A stretch of 60,231 bases of DNA, counting the filler, from Sphacelaria rigidula (taxonomy: Eukaryota), in assembly GCA_964200075.2 (NCBI GenBank). It is 9 parts of 9 records of this genome, joined end to end, with 100 filler letters (N's around TTAATTAATTAA, not from the genome) between each part and the next. Parts side by side here need not be neighbours in the genome. Positions count along the whole stretch, not along the records: positions 20,113 to 26,716 come from CAXNAA020019113.1; positions 26,817 to 33,419 come from CAXNAA020019114.1; positions 33,520 to 40,122 come from CAXNAA020019115.1; 6 more parts are not named here. One strand, written 5' to 3'. The notes below the pieces were generated by a model. That model worked only from the letters and a program-made list of their open reading frames with translations, had not been told where the DNA came from and made no database searches. The position numbers and the translations under genes are program-made. Of the stretch, positions 24,834 to 36,423 are shown one piece after another (the stretch's first letter is position 1; each line of letters opens with the position of its first letter).

Positions 24834-25069
24834 CCCTTTGGGAACCCAGTGACAATTCTTTTCTTTGCGCATCGGCATCATTATGACTTGGAGTCATTTT
24901 CACTTAAAAATAACTGAAAATGATGCCGATTCAAAAAAACAGATATCGTCACTGGGTTCCCAAAGGGTTAACCCTTAGGCCGCGAGGGCAGTCCATCTGG
25001 ACTACGCAATTTTTTTTCAAGTGAAGTTGATGCCGATTTAACGGAAGATCTAATCTCATTGTTTAAGGG
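24834..25069. mobile_element. Two adjacent TTAA-type MITEs sharing one TTAA (24968-24971)
   Basis: The first has a perfect 20-bp TIR CCCTTTGGGAACCCAGTGAC (24834-24967). The second is CCCTTAG...TTAAGGG-TTAA (24972-25069). Confidence 0.78.
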
Positions 25070-25096
25070 TTAAGGCACAAGACAAGGACGCAGACG

Positions 25097-25256
25097 TACA
25101 TTCCAGAGCTCAATCAGCAACCGATTCTAAAAAATGGAGTTGAACACAAAAATGAGGTTCAAACGGGATAACGTTTTTGCAGGAATGGCGCCAAACAGCT
25201 ACACCAAGGGGAAGAATCTTTTGAGAATCGGTTGTTGATTGAGCTTTGGAATGTAC
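25097..25256. mobile_element. Small TA-flanked MITE with about 35-bp TIRs
   Basis: TA-CATTCCAGAGCTCAATCAGCAACCGATTCT ... AGAATCGGTTGTTGATTGAGCTTTGGAATG-TA. Confidence 0.7.
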
Positions 25257-26314
25257 GCTCGAACACAGCTAGAATCGTCGCTAGTAAGGTTGCAACAAGC
25301 CAAGGAGAGAAGTCCCTAGCCGGTACGACAGGGGTGTGTCAGTTTCGTGTTACCTCCACCGCTCACTCTCATCCGTAGTCGTAGTGTACGAAATGATTCG
25401 CTCCCGGGGGTCTTCCATCTTGAACTTCTCGCGAGCTTTTGGTATCGTGTAAAATATGTCACGGGTAGAGTGGTCAAAGGCCATAGACTTGTCCGTGCAC
25501 TAGTTCGTTTTTACAATTGTCTCAATTGCGTAGGTTACCATGATCTCTGCACACGCGCTGTGGTTGCGGATCAAGTCTAGGGGCATAAACCTGAAATTAG
25601 CTACTTCAAGCGACCACGCGGCATATTCATTTATGTATCCATTGGCTGTATGTTCTGGCTCACCGTCATCGGATGGGAAAACGCAGAATGACAACAGGAA
25701 GTGATATCCAGCACAAGGGTTTCACTCCTGTGGTTGGAATACCTGTAGTAGGACACATCAACCAGCCCCCCGAGCACAGTCGATTAGTTGTGCTCATCCT
25801 CGCACTGCCCTACTACCACTACGCCACGATTCATAACAAATATAACGGCTCTCCTATTGGTGGCTATCACCACACTAGCCTCGTGCTTGTGAGGTTCCAA
25901 GTGTGACAAACCCGTTCGTTTGCTTGTACCACTGCCCAACCGCCTCGATGTGCAATGCGGTCTCTACATTGGGGGCCTGGGTACTGACTGCAGGCGCAAA
26001 ACCCCTGTCGTTCTCTCCTCCAATATATATAGCTAGTCCGACCTCCTGCCAGGCACTTCGAAAAACGAATAGCTTGGGCTTCGTTTGCTCTCAACCATGT
26101 TTTCGGGATATCGAGAACAGAGCATTGGTTGAGAGTGGGTTTTATCATTCGCTTTAACTTGACCATTTTTTCAAAGTTTATGCTTTTCTTTGCCTATAAC
26201 ACTGGCGTGTGCTTACAGCTACACGTCGATATCTCCGTCAGGGATACCAAGGGCTTCAGTGTGGCAAGTTACCACAGAAAGCATATCGGGCGTCGTGGAG
26301 GGGCTTTTCGGATC

Positions 26315-26520
26315 TTAAACCGTTCATTCCAACTATCAACCGCACCATCACCGAGAAGATTGCTCAACGAACAAAAGCGCTGTCACGAGGAGACCCACCA
26401 AGCCTAAGTGAAACTGAGGAGGCTCTGAGAGCTATGTCGAATGGCAAAGCAACCGGTGCGGATGGTATTAACACGGGATCATACAAATTGGGGATGGATC
26501 TTTTATTGGAGATGAGAAAC
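26315..26520 (+). pseudogene. Non-LTR (LINE) ORF2 fragment just upstream of the RT domain
   Basis: PPSLSETEEALRAMSNGKATGADGI resembles the conserved E...AL..M..GKA.GPDG motif preceding LINE RT. Confidence 0.7.
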
Positions 26521-26938
26521 CCGGAGAATTGAAATCTTCGTTTCCACACCAAATTTTGAAAATACGGTTCTGTTTCTTCACCTACTGATAGCTTTTGACA
26601 AGTTCTACACGCCGTAGGGGAGGGAGGGGGGGGGGGGGGGGGGGGGAGGGGGTGACGAGGGTCCATAAATAAAAAAAAAATAATCAACAAAGAAACAATA
26701 AAAACTGAAAAGCAAGNNNNNNNNNNNNNNNNNNNNNNNNNNNNNNNNNNNNNNNNNNNNTTAATTAATTAANNNNNNNNNNNNNNNNNNNNNNNNNNNN
26801 NNNNNNNNNNNNNNNNCAACAGGTTGCTAGAGCGCTGGTCCAATGATGAATGTCAATTGTCACAGAGGTGCGGGTGGAGGGGGGTGGTGAATTGATTCCT
26901 TCAAATGACGGACTCGTCCTGAGGGGGTGGGGGGGGGG

Positions 26939-27002
26939 CGTACTCATTTGTTGCTTGCCTTAGTCATTTGACCATTGACCACGCATCCCTTTCGAGACGG
27001 AG
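26939..27002 (-). mobile_element. Poly-C/G-targeted retroposon, truncated copy (others at 27311-27403, 29338-29404, 33275-33327, 53686-53750, 55304-55342)
   Basis: Fixed end (C/T)GTACTCAT next to a G-run and a variable other end. TSD CTGAGGGGGTGGGGGGG at 26919-26935 and 27003-27019. Confidence 0.75.
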
Positions 27003-27460
27003 CTGAGGGGGTGGGGGGGCATGGAAGGATGGATATATATGTGAAACCTGTGGTGGTGGTGCCTGAGCTGATGTTTCCTCATTTTTTGGTTCGGTGGTTG
27101 AGAGGTTGATTGACTGTCACGCATCAATTGCCACGCAACCACCGCGTTCTAGATCATGTTCCAGGGTGCCGTCCTTTCAACAAAACAGATTCTCCGTACN
27201 NNNNNNNNNTCTCACCCACCACTATACCCGCACCCCCCGCGTTTTTGTGCTGTTTTGGGGGGGGGGCCCTTTCAACAAAAAAGAGCCCCCCCCCCCCCCC
27301 CCCCCCCTCTAAGCCTGGTCCGGCGAAAATCCGGCGTGCTCCGTCTTTGTAGGGATGCGAGGTCAATGGCCTTATGACTATGGCATGCATGATCACGAGG
27401 ACACCCCCCTCTGTCCTCCCCTTGCCCTCTCTGTTACCCCATACATCCCCACCCCTCCAG

Positions 27461-30400
27461 ACAACGGAGGGTTTGCTGGATCACAGGTCACTAGGAGGTA
27501 CTGTGCGGACGCGACGACTGGCGAAGGAGAGGTTGGTCAACGCCGGCACGGTGATCGGCATGGACGAGCAGCTGCTGCAGGCCCCTTACCAGTGCACCTA
27601 CGTGACCGCATCGTTCGTTCACGTGTTCTTTTTCGACAAGGCGCAGGTAAGAGCGGAGACTGAAGGCGGGGGGGGGGGGGAGAAGGTGGAAGCTGCGGCT
27701 TCAGGGTTCATGCACTGGTATGGGGAAGCGTATCGAGAAGTTTTTATACAGTTTTAGGTTTGTGTAGTACCCTCCCTCATTTTTCATTTGGTGTTTTTCT
27801 CCTCGTTTTCGGTTCCTCGTGTACGACTCTTAATACTGCGTTGCCATGTGACTGGCCCAGCATGGATTTCCAGACTCATGCTCTGGAGCAAGTTTTATTT
27901 AATATACAAGTATGGAGAACATACAGATTGGTTGGGTGTTACAAACAACGCTTGGGCATTTCGTTTTTCGCGCACAAGTTCTACGGAGACCTCACGAACC
28001 TTTGGTGACCGAGGCCACACTGCCGACGAGAGTTATGTCCTTAGTTATGGGCATGTATGTAGCTGTGTCATCATCTATGGGTATATATGTATAGGCGTAG
28101 TAGACATCGGTTGACCTTTCATGGGGTTACAGGTACCACCACCACCTCTTCAGGACTTCTTTTTGGCGGGAGAGGCTCGACTTCTCACTTCCTCTGCGGG
28201 CTACCAACAGCCACTATATAGATGGATAGCTTACAGTGTTGGGGTTCTCGTTCAGGTATATCACGACTTGTCCTCAAGTCTCACTTCTATTATATCTTCA
28301 AAGCTCGAGTTCTTAACCGCCGCGCTCTTGAGTGGTGGCACTACCGGTATTCTTCGGTGATTCTCCACGTTCATTTTCCGTGTGGGCACGCCTGTCGTAT
28401 CGAGAGCACGACTGGGTTCGTAGAGAAGAAGTCAATATTCGACCGCCAGTCAACCACTCAGACCGATCCGATCATTCGAATCGGCCGTCCTTTGTCTCTG
28501 AATAACAGCTCGGGATCCGATACTGACAATTTTCGCGTTATCGTGGAACATGAATAATTTCGTCCGTGGCAGATGATCCGCCTGGCCGAGCAGTATCCGG
28601 GCTTGAAGCGGGGCCTATGGTGGCTCCTGGCTGTGTCTGTCGTTCGGCACCACAGAGGATTCAGACGCATGAATCTCATGGGAGTGTATCAGGTAATTAA
28701 AACATTTATTTTTTTGTCGGTTGTGGGTTAGTGGCTGGTTGGTTTGTCTTCGGTTGTGATTGGGTTCCTTGTTTTCTGTCTGGATGGTGCGTGTACTCTA
28801 GGGGTTACCGGTTATGTTGATGATGATGTCATGGGTATCAAGCGCGCAAGATAATGTGAGTTTGTGTGTGTGTTTTCACGATTTGATGATTGATTGATCG
28901 ACTGATTAGTTGTCGCTCTTCAACTAACCCCTCCCAGGAGTCATGATCCAGCCGTGGTCATTATCCGCATGATAGACGTACCCGAGACAAAACCAAACCG
29001 AAACACTCCCTGAAGAAAAGAGAAGAAACAGAAAACGCGCAACAAAACAGCATAGTAGACTAAGGCGTAAAAAAAAAAAAGAGATAAGAACAACAAAGCA
29101 AGAAATGGCCGGTGTCTGCCACATGGCTTCGGCAGAAACGTTCTTGCGCAGAACCACACTCATATCCAGTCGTGTTGAACAAAAAAAAGTGTATTCTCAC
29201 ATTTGATTTTCCCATGGGACATACATTCCAGTTGGCCATGAAGTGCATGTGGGAAATCCACGAAATTAGTATGGACATTCGTATACACGCACGAGCACAC
29301 ACATAACACGCGTGCATGCCCTAAAAAGCATCGTGTGAGCTCCGTCTCGAAAGGGATGCGTGGTCAATGGTCACACGACTAAGGCAAGCAACAAATGAGT
29401 ACGCCCCCCCCCCCCGCCCGCGCGCGCGCCACATTGTGTCACGTGTCTGATCTTTTATTATTCGTCCCCGTCCGTACATGCAGCTTATGCGCACGGCGGA
29501 GTTCCGCGAGCTGCGTAGAAGTGCCGCCACAGGGGCGCTTCTGAGCTCCACCACGCACGCTGGGCGGAGGCGAAGTTCAAAGGTTGGTGCTATGGAAAAT
29601 AGGGAACGTCTTTTAGTTTCTCTTGGTTCATTCGTGCTGTTGTCGTAGCTGGAGAAGAAAACGTCAGGGGCTGCGGTGTTTAAGACGCGCTCGAAATTTC
29701 CCGTACACGAATGATGTCTTCATCCACTGATTTTCATGTCGATTCTATAATAGTGTGCGCGGATCACAGTGCCCGCGTCCAGCACAAATCGAAATGTACC
29801 CGTGCAAATCAACCCGTGCGCAGGGCGTGTGGGGTAACCTACTGATGTGTGCATTTTATCTGACCCCTTACAGTACGAAGTACCCCAAGCATGACTGTTC
29901 CGAGATGAGGAGCTATAATAGCATCCCGGGGATGTGCACAAGTAACCTCATATACGTACACAGATGGGCGTAAATGGTCGGCAGCTGTTGGACATGGTGG
30001 CGCATCTACAGTGGGTGGTCTAACTATTCAGGAGTGTTCTGGGGGTTTTCTCGTGTACCACTCTTCGATAGAACTCGAAATTGCTAGCGTCGGTAGATTT
30101 TGGTACAATCAAGGGATCATCCTCGAAACACAGTGCCCACGTAAGTGTTAGTTGGTGTTATCGGGCAATACAAGTAAATTCCCCGTCTATCAGGAGGGTG
30201 TTATTGACCGTGACACACAGTTCATCGGCTCTAGTGCCATGAGTAGGTGGAATTTCAAAAAAATAAAACTGTACATTTCTTCACAAATATGATCGGGACA
30301 GGCTCGATCGACCGAAAATACCGAGGAGTAAGGACCTGGGCTGAAACGTGGTGGGACCCCCGATGACCGGTCAGCCCGTAACCCACTCAATATTGAGTAT

Positions 30401-32311
30401 ATATATATGTATATATATTTTTTTCTCGGAATGTGAAGCGGATACAAATATTTTCACATTTCCAATGTGATGAGCGGTGGCAATTGAAAAGAGCCCACGA
30501 AAATCGCCAATTACGAAAAAATCACAAAATATCACAAAATGAATAGTTAAGACCGCCCACTACTGTACCTACACAATTCTCTTGGAGAAATATAAGACGT
30601 GTTCACTAACTATAGCTAACTCATACGTAAAGAGTGGACTATAGAGTTTTTGTAGCGGGACTGTCAAGTGGGGGTTGTCGTCGTGACTCGATGGTGAATC
30701 CCTCAACAACTGCTTTTCAAGTTGGCGTCCACACGCTGTCACCCCTCACTCAACGATATATCTTGTTGAAACATTCGTGCGCTGCTGCATGGTTGCAAAT
30801 GTTTCAGGCGCAATCATAGGTCATTGTGGTCCATGTGCCCACGGCCAACTAATCATGACTCTAGGCATGTGCGTAGCTTCACCGCCTTTCCCACAGCGTA
30901 CAGGCGCTGTGTCTCCACGATGCTCATGTACCCCAGGTGCTACACCTAGTGGACCACTCTCGGTAATTTGAACGCCAACATCGGCATTCTCCTAACCGGG
31001 GGTGGCCACGTCATCCCCCCTGTCACCCCCAGAATATCTCGCAGAGACCGTTAGATAAATTGGATCTTGGTGTATTTGTGCGGGCGCGAGGCCTTGGCAT
31101 GGCAGGGGAAGGGGGGGGAGTATCGAGATTGAACTTTATCATGGCGTCGGGTGCCATGCTCCGTAGGCTACGCTGATCAACCCGAAACACAAGAAAAAGA
31201 CAACGCGGGTTATATATGCGACTTGTACCCCCAAACTGTGGTGTTTCGGGGATGAGGGGTCTTGAAGTCGTCGGTTTTCCACTGATAAGATGCATTGAAG
31301 ACCCAGGAAGCCTCTTGACAATTTTCCCTTCCACCTGTCGTAGTGAAGCTCTGATCATCCTCAAACTTGGCAGTTTGGTAGGTATTGATGCTCCGAATAT
31401 GGAAATAAAATCGTCCAGAAGAAAATCCAAAGTTTATCCGCGCTCTACCGGCTTCCGGAGGTCCCAGCGTGAAGACCCCCAGAAGCCGGTACAGAATACC
31501 TCAAAAACAAAGATTGCAAAATTCCGTCGACCCGAGGTAGTCCAAGGAAGGATTGTACGAAGGTTCGTTGTGTAACTCAAGAAAGTGGTCCTAAACGGTA
31601 TATGCAAGCTTGAACGCACAAGATAATGTCAGTAGCTTTCTATTATCGAGTAATCAAGAAGTCACGCGTACGTTTGAACACTTCAACGCACGCGCGCGCA
31701 ATTAGTCACGCAGGTTTGTCGAGTTAGACCCTGAGGTGGGATAATGCGAACATTTTCATAAATGTTTTTTTTGCCGGAAATCTGGGGTCCCAAGGGTCCC
31801 GAGACTCATACTCCTTCCTGGGACCCCGGATATATGGCTAAGAAGAATGAAGAACCTCACCCACGATTTTTTTTCCCCACTAGATCCCGTAACACGCGGT
31901 TGCAAATTTCCAGGGTTGAACTCCAACACCCTGCGTGAGAATATCGCTGGGGATAAAATATTGGGGAGTCAACCTGAAACAGCCTGTACCGGTATCGTGG
32001 ATGTATCCAACCGGAACAAACCACCGTGTCGTTTCGGCAATTGGAACAAAAAATATCATCAGTTTGCCGTTATTGGCTATAAAAGCACGATATGAAGGTC
32101 ATGATCAGATGGTTGAGGGGTGGAGTACGACCGGGGTTGAGCCCTCGCCCGGCACGTAGAGTTGCCACCACCGGTATCTTGTCGATGTCGATTTACCGAC
32201 TGACGTTGTGGTAATACCGGCATCTCAACTGCGCAGATCTGCCGGTATATGTATATATCCACACATGGATCGCATCGCCGATTCCCACCGATGTCTAACT
32301 CTACAAGATTT

Positions 32312-32386
<75 letters not shown>

Positions 32387-33059
32387 CCAAAAATCTGAAG
32401 CCGGTCGACGGATGCATGCATGAAAAAAAATGCATGCGTGCATGCAACGGTAGATTTGGCCGAGTTTTGTTTGACGAGAGTTGACGCGGTGCGGGAGTGA
32501 GTTCTGATCGAATTCGCGGGACCAAAATTACGAGGCGTGTACTGTACCGAGAGAGGGAAAGAGATGAGTAAATGGAAATCCCTCGAGACCACGGGCTCGT
32601 CCCGAGTAAGGGGAGGGGAGGGGTTTGGAGGGTTACAACAAAATATGCATCATCACAACTAAAACGAAAACAAAACCGAACTGAACCGAATCGAACCGAA
32701 CCAAACTTTCGGGTGAATGAAATCAAAACGAAAAATGAAAAGGAAAACCCGGCCGCAAAACGCAGGTGACGTCAGCGGCATCACCACCGTTACGAATGGG
32801 ATCGGGCCCCCTCGGCCGTAACTTTTCGGGGTCGGGACCGCTCGGCCGTAACTCCACCGGGTCGGGACCGATCCGCCGTGTCGGTCCGAGGCCTAGGTCA
32901 AGGAGCCCCCTGCGGTCAGGGATAACGATGTCGGAGAGGAGGGCGAGAGACGACAGCGACATCAACGTCGGGAATCGATCACAGGCGTCCACCATTCGAG
33001 CCGCGGCGTCGGCCGCAGCGTCCACGCTGAACGAGAGCCGCCACAGGCTCAGCAGGGGG
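27461..33059 (+). CDS. SOS1/SLC9C-like Na+/H+ antiporter, cytosolic cNMP-binding-like tail (internal exons only)
   Basis: Four phase-0 GT-AG exons: 27461-27646, 28573-28692, 29484-29582 and 32766-33059. NAGTVIGMDEQLLQAPYQCTYVTASFVHVFFFDKAQMIRLAEQYPGLKRGLWWLLAVSVV resembles the plant SOS1 segment GSTLGLYEVL...PY.C...T.S.V..FFID...LW (from memory). The last exon is Ser/Gly/Arg low-complexity and less certain. Confidence 0.7.
28880..29110 (-). mobile_element. Non-LTR retroelement 3' end with TCAA-rich tail
   Basis: GACCACGGCTGGATC...GGGGTTAGTTGAAGAGCGACAA..(TCAA)n, similar to 9800-9900. Confidence 0.5.
30009..30565. mobile_element. Tc1/mariner-like MITE (CAGTG termini, TA flank)
   Basis: TA-CAGTGGGTGGTCTAACTATTCA ... 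TGAATAGTTAAGACCGCCCACTACTG-TA. Confidence 0.65.
31230..31740 (+). repeat. Long non-coding interspersed repeat (colinear with about 54110-54620)
   Basis: Shared blocks such as TCCGGAGGTCCCAGCGTGAAGACCCC.AGAAGCCGGTACAGA. Confidence 0.75.
32313..32384 (+). repeat. (AC)n microsatellite
   Basis: About 35 perfect AC units. Confidence 0.95.
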
Positions 33060-36000
33060 GTGAGTGCGTTGAGATCCAGGCTGGTGGTTCTACTGAACGG
33101 AGATAGCAAGTGCATCCGTGATTTCCTCAGGCAGAGTTTCGAGAGTAAGGACCGATGCACATCGAAGAATAAACAAGTGTAAGGCCACTATGTTCTGTAC
33201 TTCATACCTATATGTCTGCATATATTTTGGAGTTAGGTTTATTCGATCGGATTTCTGGGGGGAGGGGGGGGGGGCGTACTCATTTGTTGCTTGCCTTAGT
33301 CATTTGACCATTGACCACGCACGCCACGGGGGAGGGGGGGGGGGGGAGATCTGCTCTTATTTCCGGAATAGTTGATAAAAAGTGCAGTGATGGAAGGTGT
33401 TGTAGACTGGCGTCCAAAANNNNNNNNNNNNNNNNNNNNNNNNNNNNNNNNNNNNNNNNNNNNTTAATTAATTAANNNNNNNNNNNNNNNNNNNNNNNNN
33501 NNNNNNNNNNNNNNNNNNNACTTAAAGCGAATGATCAAAGCCACTCTCAATCGTATCATCTACTCTCAATCTCACGAAAACACTGTTACCTACGGAGCTG
33601 TCGAGTGTGAGGGCGATCTGAGCTTTTCTACAACAGATATAATAGGGGACACCGTCACGAGGCTCCCTGGGCCTTTCGTGCGTATCATTATTAGTGGAAG
33701 TTAGATGACAACACCTGACATCATCGAAACATCACGGTTTCGGGTATGATTCGACCCCCGTTGTAACTATTTAAAAAATAAATATGATTTTCTCGTTAGA
33801 TTCCCGTTTCGATGACGGTTACTAAGATTTGAAGCATGTAGAGATTGGGTGAAAATTGGGCCTGGTAGTCGTAATTTAGATATCGGAACAGTTTAAAGTG
33901 TGCTGATTGACTGAGACACATTTTCGTCCATAGCGCCACCGCTACGACCTTAAACAAAAATCTTGCTGTCATCCTCTTCGTCTCTTCATTACGGCCAGTA
34001 TGATACCATGTATGCGACCATTGGGTGCGTATTGCGGAAGGCATTTACTGATGACACAATTTTGGGTGATCACCGTGAACCAGCCGGTAATACTTTCGAC
34101 ACTTACTTTCTACGTAAACCCCCTAAAACTAGCCCAAGAGTGTCACGAAAAAATAGTTATACAGCGTCTGATGTGGGTGACATCGGCGAGAACGAGCCCA
34201 AGTATGAGAGTTGCCAGCTGCTCGTTGTGCTTGGGTTCTTCATTTTGATTCACATGAAGATTTTGCCTCCACAGACCAGGCATTTTTTTGGCGGCGGGGG
34301 GGGGCCTACCATTATTATCCTAGAAAGTCAGCAGTGTTTAGAGTGATACGTATTGTTGTGCAAAACCACAGCCTGTACCGACCTAGCGTATCTACTTCAG
34401 TATGCACTCTGTTGGAAGGTCCCTGCATAGCTTATGAGCTCCAACGAAATGTGAGAGGAAATCGGCAGTCACTACATGTGTTAGGGGTCGTGTACGAACT
34501 AACGCGACAGTATAGCTTGAAAGCTACGTATGGACAGTTACTTCATGATCTCTCTCAGGATGGGAATACAGCCAGGGGTGGTACTAATTACGCGCTGTGG
34601 ACTACGAATCGTCTTCACCGTCTTCTTCCAGCTGAGGCTGGCAAGAGTGAGGAGTTGCACCCAAGTCAACGTGTACCCGTCGAGCAGTTGAATATTCACG
34701 CAACACAGCCAAGCGGATTCTGATACCATGGCCGCGTCAGGGAGGTGTTCTGACTGTGATGCCAAGCTTTTCTACATCGTGAAGGACCCATTGTGGTGAG
34801 TATGGCAGTTATGAATATCCCACTTTGCTGGTTGGGGTGTATTGACTTCGGATTGGACATGACCATGGCGGTGAAGGTGTGCGTGGTTCTCCATCATTCC
34901 GCTATGGACTCTGTAGAGGAACAACGGTTTACAGGGTAAAGTGGTGCAAACGGCCTGACACTGAAAAATCGCTCTGAAGAAAACTTCATGGCGCAAAGTG
35001 CACCGTTTTCGGTCATTGTTCTTTCTACTCTGACTCCAAGATTAGAAAAAACATTCTCCGAAACTCTCCAGTGAATTCATGAAATTGAGAGTGAAGGAGA
35101 TCATGGACAGGGAGAAGCGATCGATTGGCAAATGAGTCGTTTCAGTTCCGAAATGCTCCTCCTCTGGGCCCAATATGTTTCTCGTAGTAGCTTGCTACTG
35201 AGGCCCTTAGAATCCCCGAGTAGGATATCAACGTGTACCTGTAAGCTCACGCAACCCTTAGAGCCAGAAAGAAGCCCACACAGAATGAAAAATAGGCAAA
35301 GTCAGAGCGAGTGATCAACTCTACTCTGAATCAGCGCTTTACTCTCAATCTCACGAAAACGTTGTACCGCGCAGTGCATCAAGACCGATGGCACGTCGGG
35401 GTTATGTGCCACGATATAGGGTTAGTCTTTTCCCTCATGAGTTGCACATTTCCTGATTTTGCCAAGAGGACCAGTTGTTTTTCGACATACAACATTTTCG
35501 TGACGTTGGTAGTAGAGCATTACTGAAGAGTGGTCTCATCATTCGCTTCAACTTAGCCACTTTTTCTTTCCGTGTGTATAGGTATAGCGTTACCGGTAAG
35601 TCCGTGAATGTGATGGCCCTGAACTGGGACGGACTCATCTACCTCAACCTGAGTCACTCGCACACAATTTTAAATGTGTTATCCGATACTTTTCAGCAGG
35701 CAACCTGTCAAGAGTCGCAGCTCGAAGTTTCCAGTTATGATATCCTCCTCGTCAGGGGATGATGTGCCTTGCTAGGCCTCCCGAGTTGCGAACTGACAGT
35801 CCGTTGTTTTTACAAAGGTAGCTGGTTCGTGGGTTCGAGTGGACTCATACCATGAACACTCAAACATGATGCCTGCGTGAAAGGTACACGAGCCCCGTAA
35901 ATCATCACGAAATCAGTGCTTGAAACGACAGCGGACCGTACCGAGGCGTCAAGGAGGGCAGGATTGCGCCGGGCTGACCACTTGTAGTCGCGAAAACATT

Positions 36001-36423
36001 TCCAACTAATCGATAAATACAGGGAAGGAGCGGGTCGGAGCAGCAGGTGAGACCGCGGCGGAAGAGAGTCATCATCCAACACTGGGGAGCAAAAAGCAGT
36101 CAGAACAGCGACGGAGTAGAGCCAACGAAGTAGGCTGTATTCTCCATACTATCAAGGTGATAGCGTCGAGTGATTTTTTTTGTTGCATTTTTTCCTTGCC
36201 ATCCCATTTTTGCGCACAGGCACGAGGCAGCTTGACCGCTCCCACATGACTCAAGCAAACTAGATGTACCACCCGAACACCTCCCGAAGGACCTCCCAAA
36301 ACGTCATCGGTACAGCCGTGATGCTGAGCGCATCATGCCCATACCAGGCGCTCGAAAAGGCACCCCGTGCTGGAAACCAACCGGTGACACGCAGCTTCCA
36401 ACGATCGCAAAAGGGGACGAAAG

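Noticed and set aside
32077..32726. ORFs with CVCVCV or HTHTHT runs
   Set aside because: Translations of the (AC)n microsatellite.
34719..34730. TGGTATCAGA (minus strand) as a tRNA-Met primer-binding site
   Set aside because: Only 10 nt, with no recognisable LTR or gag beside it.
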